Shown piece after piece: positions 49,105-57,235 of a stretch of 57,235 nucleotides of DNA. The position numbers and the translations under genes were made by a program. Source of the stretch: Fonticula alba ATCC 38817 (Eukaryota > Protista > Nucleariida); the NCBI GenBank assembly GCA_000388065.2, contig KB932201.1. One strand, written 5' to 3'. The notes under the pieces are model-generated. The model ran no database searches. It had not been told where the DNA came from and worked only from the letters and a program-made list of their open reading frames with translations. Numbering within the stretch: the stretch's first letter is position 1; every line of letters begins with the position of its first letter.

Positions 49105-49757
49105 CGAGATACATGCAGTTCCCTGCTCATTGACCCCCCCCCCTATCCCCCCCTTTCCCAGTTGCTCTCTTCCTCTCTCTCTCCGCTCCTGATGTAGAAT
49201 AGACAAACTTAGAGTTGCATGGGCCTCTCTCCCTCTCCTCTCGCCCCGGCCCCTTGGCCAATCTCTCCTGACCTTCTGATGTGACGTGCATCAATGGCCG
49301 GGGGTGGAGGCACAGGAAAGAGCATGCCCAAGCAAACGACGAGGGGGCGAGGTATGTATTGATATTCGGGTGTTTTTTTCCGGGGGAGGGGGGCAGGAGA
49401 AGGAGGAGGAGGAGGAGGAGGAGGAGGGAAACACGCAGCCCGGCTCTTGCCTGAGTGTGTATATGGCCTGAGATGTACAAAATTGGTTCTTCCAGGAGCA
49501 AAGGCAGCAGCAGGAGCATGAGATCGCGCCCGTGACAATGGCACGGATGTGAGAAGTAGGGGCTGGAGGAGGGGCGAGTGGCGCGCCGGGAGCCAGCAGA
49601 GAGCATTTGCCCTTCTGTGCTTCGGCACAGCGACGACACAGCTGGCCCTGGGAGGAGGTGGAGACCGCGCAGGAGCGCAAAGACACGCCGAGAGAAGGGG
49701 GACGGGTGACTGTAGCCCTGACTCGAACTGCCTGCGAATCACACAGGCACACACAAT

Positions 49758-49758
<1 letters not shown>

Positions 49759-49801
<43 letters not shown>

Positions 49802-49802
49802 C
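49759..49802. repeat. (GCAC)x11 tetranucleotide microsatellite in the probable 3' UTR of the 7TM-RGS gene
   Basis: Read directly. Confidence 0.92.
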
Positions 49803-49924
49803 GAACACCGACTGGCACGCACACATGCCTCCGTTGATGCGTATGTATGATATGCAGCACATATGTGTGGACACTGATGCGCCACACAGCTGGGCATCAT
49901 CGGACCCACATCCTCTCCACTTTT

Positions 49925-52900
49925 TCAAAGCCGGTCCGTGCTGGCGGAATACACCATCCCCCGGGGGGTGGTGCTGCGCATTTCGAAGTGATTGTTCGGG
50001 TCCACCGAGAGATTGGTGTCGACGGCCATGATGGTGGCCGCAGCCAGAGTCTCGGACCCATGGCGCAGGGCCAGTGACCCGGTGGTGTTGAGGCCGGCCC
50101 CGGTGCCGGAGTCCATGGACCCGAGGATGTACTCCTCGGAGGAGGCGCCATTCAGCCGGACGCCCGACCCGGTGGCGGCCTGGCTCCGGGGAAGGGTCCC
50201 CCCGCGGGAGGGGCTCGGCGAGGAGGCCGCAATCACCGACAGGACAATGGACCCCTCGGGATTGGAGCATCGCCGGGTGGTGGCATCGGCCGGCGAGTCG
50301 GCCGACAGGGAGGGCCGCAAGGCGACGGCCTCCTCCTCGGTGATGGTGGAGGGAGGCCGACGGCCGCCGCCGACGGCCGCCCCGGGGCCGGCGCTCCGGC
50401 TGCCCGGGCCGCCGCCAGCGGCATCCTGCCCGGCGTGGCCCCGGCCAAAGAGCGAGCCCCACCAAGAGAAGAAGCCACCCTGGGAGGCGCCGCCGCCGCG
50501 GCTGCCACCGCCGCCGGCGACCCCGGACCCATTGGGGCCGCCAGGGCCGTAGGGCGAAGGGCCGAGGTGCCCGCCCGGGCCGCCGCCATTGATGGAGTCC
50601 CCGGGGCCGTGCATCATGAAGAGTGCCGCATAGTGGTAGCTCCCGCGTGCGGTCATGGCCCAAGCGCGCACGAGGTTGTTCAGCTGGCTGCGGCAGTCGC
50701 GCTCGGCATCCGAGAAGAGGTCGCGCTGGATGTCCACCTGGATGCTGAGGCTGCCGCCGCCCGGGCGCGGGACGACCGCCACCGCGGACCCGGACCCGGG
50801 GGTCGCCCCACCGGTTGCCAGGGCGAGGCTCGCCTGGGAGCCGCCGATCCTCGGGGTGCCGCCCGAAGAATGGTGTTGCTGCTGCTGCTGGCCGGCCGAG
50901 GGCTGTTCCGGCACCGCCAGCTGGCTGGTGTTCTTGGAGGAGGCCCCCGAGCCGCCGGCGGAGGAGGCGCTGGTCATGGCCATCGGCTGCTGTGGCATGG
51001 CCATTGCCGACCCGGGCCCCGGGGCAGGGACGCTGGTGCTGGAGGCGCCAGCGCCGGCGGTGGCATGGGCAGCCGCGGCGGCAGCCGCCGCCGGCGGCAC
51101 CGATCCACCGCCCAGGCGCTGCGACGGCGTGCGCGACCGGCTCCCCCGGCCCATGAGCCCACCGGAGGGGGCGGTCGGCGAGTTGGGCGGAGTGCTCTCG
51201 GAGCCGGTGACCTGCGCATGGGCCACGGCCTCGTGGTAGCTGCGAAGGGCCCCGGCATGCCCCTTGACGAAGCCAAGGCGTTGGAGAATGCGCTTCTTGA
51301 CACGGTCGTCCAGGTTCAATTCAAGCTCGGCGCCGGACTGGATGAAGCGCGCGGCCAGGGTGCGCGACTCGACGAAGCGGCGCTCCTGCACCGCCGGCGG
51401 CCAGATCGATCGGAGGGCGGAACCCCGGTTAGGGGTGGTGGGGGGGGGGGGGAGACGGATACCGCGGTCAGTCATTGTTGGGGCCCGCTCAGGCGGGTGT
51501 TCTCTCTCTCTCTTCAACTTCGGGGGCCGCCGCTCCACCTTGACATGCGTCCCGCGGCCCTGCCCGTGGCACAATCTCCCCTCTCGCAGGCGCGTGCATG
51601 CCGTCCTGGCCATCCTTGCTTGCCCGGCCTCCTCGGCGCTGCTTTTTTTGCCGGCCTCCTGGTCTGTGCCTGCTAGCGTCCTTTGCTCTGCCTCGCCCCC
51701 CCTCCCCCCCCCCGCCGGCCGCTCGCAATGACGACGGGCAGCATGGCGCGTGCGCGTGCGCGCGGGCACCCATGTCGGGGTCTACGCACCGGCGTCAGCA
51801 GGTCGAAGTTGGCATGGTACACCCCGACCGCGTTGTAGAAGACCATGATCTCGGTGCAGAAGGACTGCAGGCAGAATTGCTCGAAGTCACGCCGAGCCTC
51901 GTCGCTCCCTCGGGAGGCCAGCTCGTCATACAGGTACTTGAAGTGCTGGCTGCTGGGACAGGCGCCGACATTGGCGCTGCCCCCGCGCGTGGGCAGAGTT
52001 TGAGTGCCGCGACCGGGGGCCCCGCGCGAGCCGGCCACCCCGGCCCCGGCCAGGCTGGCCAGGCCACCGCGCATGGCCACCGGCATGGGCAGACTCACGG
52101 CCGACCCGGCCTCGGGGCCCAGGGCGATGACGGAATTCCCGCCCGGCGACGTCAGCGAAGTGGTGGAGGTGCTGCCAGAGCCAGGGCCACCGCTGGTGGT
52201 GATCTGGCTGTCGGGCGTGCGGCGGCCGGCCGCCCGCAGAGGCGAGGACTCCTCGTCACTGTCCTCCTCGACCGGGTCGATGCCCTTCTCGAGGTCCACA
52301 TTGGCCAGCTTGTTGTGGGTGATCACCTCGCCGCTGTGGTCATCCGAATGCATGTGGTGATGGTGGTTGCCCCCGCTATCACTGACCAGGTGCTTGGCCG
52401 GCGGGTCGAAGGAGGGGTGGTCGTCGCTGCCGCCGGCTGCGTCGGGGGTGCGGCTCTTCCGGATGTTGTCCTTGATTTCCTCGCGCGAAATGCCGCGGAT
52501 GCTACGGCGCAAAAGCCGGCCCCGGGTGGCCGGTCGATGGGGTTGTGTTAGCGATCGGGGGCGCGGGGGCGGGGGCGGGGGCGGGGGCGGAGGGACCCCC
52601 GCAGGGAAGTGGCCAAGGCCCGGTGGTGGGCGAGGCCCATGCAACGAGCCAAGCCCCTGCAGGGGATGATGGCGGTGGATCGATCGATCCAGCGAGCGAG
52701 CCAGCAATATGGCGGATGGGCTCCGACGCACTTGAGCAGCTTGAAGTTCTCCGTGTAGGAAAGGATCGACGGGAAAAGGGTGACAAACAAATTCATCAAG
52801 CACATGTACACGATGACCAGAATGCTGATGTCGCTCAAGTGCAGGACGCTCATGACAATGTAAACCACATTCATCAACAGGGTACCGACAATGACCACCT

Positions 52901-53580
52901 GGAGGGCGGGGGGGGGGGGGGGCGAGTCAGCAAGCTGCAGCCTATTTGGTGCGTGCATTTGGCATGCCTGGCCTGGCGGCCGGCAGGGCCGGGGGGAGGC
53001 GTATAGCCCGCCGGGTGCGCTTTTGCATGCGACAGAGAGAGGCGCAGAAAGAGGGAGCGAGCCCTGTGTGCGTATGTGTGTGTGCGTGCGCGCGCGTGCG
53101 CAGAGGGGACATACGGTCAGCTCGGCCTTGATGAGGTAGGTGTCACGGCGCCCGCGGAGGAGCCAGGCAATCCAGCAGGCCAGCAGAATGATGATCAGGT
53201 CGCCGGGGACGGCGGCCCAGAGGGCCGGCCGGAGGCAGACATTCCCACCATCAACACCGCCCTTGAAGGTGGTCATGTCCATGCGGCCCACAATGAGAAT
53301 CATCCAGCCAATGAGGCCGGCAAAGAGAAGCGTGGTGCAGTAGACACACAGCTGCGGCACCACGCCGGAGGCGAACTCCCTCATGCGCTTGATGCGCCGG
53401 AAGCGAGCGGTGTGCGTCTGGCCGAGAAGATTCATCGCGTGGTACTCGTGCAAAGCGTAAAGCTCGAAACCGCGGTTGAGGAAGGGCTGTCGCGAGTTTG
53501 CGGCGGAACGGGGCGGGTTCGTTTGGGGTTGGGTTTTTTTTTTCGCCGCACGGAGCCGGGGGGGGGGGGGGGGGGGGGGG

Positions 53581-53637
<57 letters not shown>

Positions 53638-53699
53638 ACCAACTTCGCCGTCCTTGACGAGTACAGCCGGTGCGTATAATCGGATTGGCGTCTGCCGGT

Positions 53700-53730
<31 letters not shown>

Positions 53731-54076
53731 ACCAGGGCAGGCAGTTAGCGGATGGGGGCCCGGGCCGGAAGCGGGCCTCTCGGCTGGCGGTGGCGGTGCC
53801 GGGCGCGGGCCCGTCACCGGGAGGCGGTGCACGTACCAGCCCCCACATGTAGGGAAGCATCGTGGTGGAGAGGTACGGCCACAGGCACGACATGTGCGGC
53901 CGGTGGACTAGGACCAGGGCAGCCGCGTGGACCAGCGACGCCAGGGTGATCATCGAGGTGTGGAACCAGCCGCGCGACTGGACGGGCTCCTGCTTCCGGC
54001 GGGAAAGGTAGAAAGAGAGCCCGACCACCCAGGTCCAGCTCATGGTGAGAATAATGTAATCCAATGGGTACCACAT
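49925..54076 (-). CDS. Seven-transmembrane receptor-like protein fused to a C-terminal RGS domain (GprK/Rgs7/AtRGS1-like architecture), about 983 aa
   Basis: Exons 54076-53837, 53486-53115, 52898-52732, 52501-51790 and 51385-49925 (phases 0, 0, 2, 0). There are seven hydrophobic segments and the loop motif RDTYLIKAEL. RGS box: RRDFEQFCLQSFCTEIMVFY..AARFIQSGAELELNLDDRVK..DLFSDAERDC. A probable 5' UTR intron spans 54591-54086 (GTGCGT..CAG), with an in-frame TAG just before it. Confidence 0.85.
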
Positions 54077-56767
54077 GGTTGTGATCTGGCAAATGCCGGG
54101 GGGNNNNNNNNNNNNNNNNNNNNNNNNNNNNNNNNNNNNNNNNNNNNNNNNNNNNNNNNNNNNNNNNNNNNNNNNNNNNNNNNNNNNNNNNNNNNNNNNN
54201 NNNNNNNNNNNNNNNNNNNNNNNNNNNNNNNNNNNNNNNNNNNNNNNNNNNNNNNNNNNNNNNNNNNNNNNNNNNNNNNNNNNNNNNNNNNNNNNNNNNN
54301 NNNNNNNNNNNNNNNNNNNNNNNNNNNNNNNNNNNNNNNNNNNNNNNNNNNNNNNNNNNNNNNNNNNNNNNNNNNNNNNNNNNNNNNNNNNNNNNNNNNN
54401 NNNNNNNNNNNNNNNNNNNNNNNNNNNNNNNNNNNNNNNNNNNNNNNNNNNNNNNNNNNNNNNNNNNNNNNNNNNNNNNNNNNNNNNNNNNNNNNNNNNN
54501 NNNNNNNNNNNNNNNNNNNNNNNNNNNNNNNNNNNNNNNNNNNNNNNNNNNNNGGGGGCCGGAGGGCAGGAGACCGGCAAGGGAGACGCACCTATGCGCC
54601 TCCCTCTGTTGATCGGGGCGGGGCGGCGAGCGTCAAAATTGCCGAGGGCCCGAGGGCAAGGCTGGGAATACTGCAGGAGGGATGCTGAACGGCAGGCGAT
54701 CAGCCCATGGGCGAGCGCTCCTCACCAGGGGGGTAGGCGTGGGAGACGGAGGGCAATCTAATCAAAACTGGCGCCGCCAAGAGGGCAGCGACTTGCCGGG
54801 GGCCGGGTCTGTCTTTGTCTTTCTCTCTCTCTCTCTCTCTCGATGGGGGAGCCGTGGAAGACAGGCACAGGGAGGGACGTGGCGAGGAGAAAAGGGGGTC
54901 TAGCGAGTTGGCAGGAGTCTGAGGCGCGCGGGACGGCGGCCGGGGGTCGGGGGTCGGGGAGGAGGGGGGCTGCGTGGGGGCGTCTGCACTGGCGGCTGGC
55001 TTCCTTTTTCGTGGGCGGCCCCCTTTGAGCCTGGTGCGCTAGTCGGCGGGCGAGGGCGAGGGCGAGGAGGGGGGGCAGGGAGACGGAGCGGGCGCGCGGA
55101 CGCGCGGGCGCGCATGCAGGTGAGGGTGTGTCGGGTCTCGACACCCCACGGCCGCCAGGGCTGGCCCCTGTCAACGCCAAGGCCGCGCACGCCGGCGCCA
55201 CTGTCTACCGCGCGCGGAGCCGGGGGCGAGGACAGCAGCAGACCGGAGTCAGTCTCCCTCGTCGCAGCGCGGGTGCCAGGGCGGCATTCCGGAGGTCAAT
55301 CGCCCGGATCATTGAGAGAACCTTGGCACGAACAAAGTCGCCCATACGCGGGCTGCCGACCTTCGTGCCCATGGCCTCGCGGGGGTGGCCAGGAAGACAT
55401 CAGCATGGTTGGCCATGCCGAGTGCATGTATGTCGCGAGGCATGCGCGAGAGGAGGGGGCGTGGGGCGGGGGACGAAGGGGAAGTAAAAAAAAAAAAACA
55501 ACGAATCCATCCCCGGCCCCGGATCTGGCGGGGAGGGGAAACCCCCGCCCCGCCCCCCCCCGGGCCCCCCCGCCCCCCGGCCGCCCCCCCCCCCCCCCCC
55601 CCCCCCCCCTCCGGCCACCCCGGCCCCGACTCCCCCACGCCCCGACTGGGTCAGGCCGGAAGGTAGGCCGGGAACGCGATCTTCGGGGCGAAGGGAAACT
55701 GTGGGCTATACTTAGGGCCCGCCTGGAACACGCAGTTCAATGGGAAGCCATCAGCCAGGCGGATATTCCCACCCGGGGGGGCGCGCGCATGCCGAGTCAT
55801 GGGCCCAGCCAAACACGCAGCGAACAAAATGCCCGCCGACGGATGCGGCCACGGCCGCGCCCATGCGCCCGAATGCCTGCGGCCGACGATGCATCGATTG
55901 GCCGGTGTGCGTGCGTGGGCCCCGTTCGCGCGCGGCCCGGCCGCGCTCCCCCCCCCCCCCCGGACCCGCTGCCTCCTCGGCCCACGAAGGGGGTGGAACT
56001 CGTCAGCGGACCGACCGCGCCCCGGCCCCCTGCTCCTATGATGGGTGTCCCTTTCCTATACGTAACCCGAGCGTTGGCGTGCCATGCTCCTCGCCCAATG
56101 CCCCCTGGACGCTTGGGTCCCGACCGCCGCCGCCCTTCCGGAGGGGGGGGAAAACCCCATCCATGCCCCAACGTTGAGCGGTGCAAACGCCGGCCGGCTG
56201 TTTGCCGCGGTCGTTTTCCGCTGATCGGCGGATTTGGAGTCCCGGGCTTGCGCGAAGCATCATCCCCGCCGACGATGCTCCCCGGTCTCAGTCTCTCCCA
56301 CGGTGGTCGCCTGGAAATGCAGGAATGCTGATCTGGGTGTTTCCACCCCCCCCCCCCGCCCNNNNNNNNNNNNNNNNNNNNNNNNNNNNNNNNNNNNNNN
56401 NNNNNNNNNNNNNNNNNNNNNNNNNNNNNNNNNNNNNNNNNNNNNNNNNNNNNNNNNNNNNNNNNNNNNNNNNNNNNNNNNNNNNNNNNNNNNNNNNNNN
56501 NNNNNNNNNNNNNNNNNNNNNNNNNNNNNNNNNNNNNNNNNNNNNNNNNNNNNNNNNNNNNNNNNNNNNNNNNNNNNNNNNNNNNNNNNNNNNNNNNNNN
56601 NNNNNNNNNNNNNNNNNNNNNNNNNNNNNNNNNNNNNNNNNNNNNNTCTCCCCTCTCGCAGGCGCGTGCATGCCGTCCTGCGCCTGCTCGGTGTGCCCGC
56701 CCCTCGGGCCCCGGGCTGGTTGCTGTGCCCCCCTCTTCCGGTCGTTTGCCCCCCGTTTTTTGGCCGC

Positions 56768-56824
<57 letters not shown>

Positions 56825-57235
56825 ACCCTCCCCCCCGCACCATCCCCTGCCCCGGGGCGCCCGCCCCCCGCCCCTATTGTTGGAGGGGGAAGGGGGGGGA
56901 AAAAAAACCCCCTGGGGGGGGGGGGGGGGGGGGGGGAAAGGGGGGGGGGGGGGGGGGGCCGGGCACCGACGGGGTGTATGTTATTATTGCTCGGAAGCGT
57001 GGTGTATCCCGGACGGCAGGCCCGGCAAGGTCTGCGACCAACAGGTGAGTCACAGCCTGGGGGGAAAACATTTCATTAAGCCCTCGCCATGGGACGCCGA
57101 GCCTCACGAAGCCTTCGCATCCGTGAACTCGGCGGTGAGTCAGGGCCTGTATGTTTTCGGGCGCGGGGGGTATGTTTATGAGTCCCCTCGGTCTGTCAGG
57201 ATGGGAGCCTGTGTGTGTGTGTGTGTGTGTGTGTG

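Larger units (their letters stand above)
978..56646. other. Twelve assembly gaps (N runs)
   Basis: 978-987, 2731-3175, 4835-4919, 8328-8378, 22159-22168, 23244-23353, 26494-26754, 33237-33246, 35751-35840, 44308-44402, 54104-54553 and 56362-56646. Most abut G/C homopolymers or GA/CT tracts. Confidence 0.99.

Noticed and set aside
53644-53691. Possible 48-nt micro-exon in 7TM-RGS intron 1
   Set aside because: Joining 53837 directly to 53486 is in phase and gives a clean TM3 (PYMWGLPFLNRGFELY), so the extra exon is not needed.
23489-54076. Functional clustering of G-protein regulators (RapGAP, RhoGEF, 7TM-RGS) or of trafficking genes (FHIP, TMEM230, COMMD) as a single system
   Set aside because: These genes are interspersed with unrelated housekeeping genes in mixed orientations, and such families are abundant in amoeboid genomes, so chance is a sufficient explanation.
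1-57235. tRNA, rRNA, spliceosomal snRNA, SRP RNA, transposons and CRISPR arrays
   Set aside because: I saw no diagnostic motifs by eye (U1 ATACTTACCTG, U2 GTGTAGTA, U6 ACAGAGAAGATTAG, T-loop GTTCGAATC in cloverleaf context, RT or transposase motifs, repeat-spacer periodicity). A covariance-model scan was not possible.

Overview
GC-rich, intron-rich eukaryotic genomic DNA from a draft scaffold with 12 N-gaps. Gene content and composition suggest a unicellular opisthokont, possibly a Fonticula-like holomycotan amoeba; this is inference and the species cannot be proven from the sequence. I rebuilt 12 protein-coding genes by hand, using family motifs and splice-phase bookkeeping: FHIP/FAM160 (-), a solo divergent histone H2B (-), TMEM230 (+), a PWWP/RS-repeat/polyQ/TFIIS-N-like protein (+), alanyl-tRNA synthetase (+), a Rap1GAP-domain protein (+), a stand-alone Miro-type EF-hand protein with a Cys/acidic tail (-), a DH-PH RhoGEF (+), mRNA cap N7-methyltransferase (-), a COMM-domain protein (+), an FtsJ/MRM2 rRNA methyltransferase (+) and a 7TM-RGS receptor fusion (-). 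I found no supportable tRNA, rRNA, snRNA, transposon or CRISPR array. The main observations are these. (1) The FHIP exons lie in non-colinear order, although every splice phase fits the homology order; mis-scaffolding is the most likely cause. (2) The 5' splice-site consensus is GT(G/A)CGT, with +4C in 33 of 39 coding donors and no GTAAGT. (3) The 7TM-RGS fusion has a split RGS domain. (4) The PWWP protein combines a chromatin reader with RS repeats and a TND-like domain. (5) The Miro-type ELM module stands alone and carries a Cys-rich tail. (6) The H2B has an altered DNA-contact loop. (7) Large low-complexity insertions recur inside conserved folds. Most long ORFs in the supplied track are GC-bias shadow ORFs.
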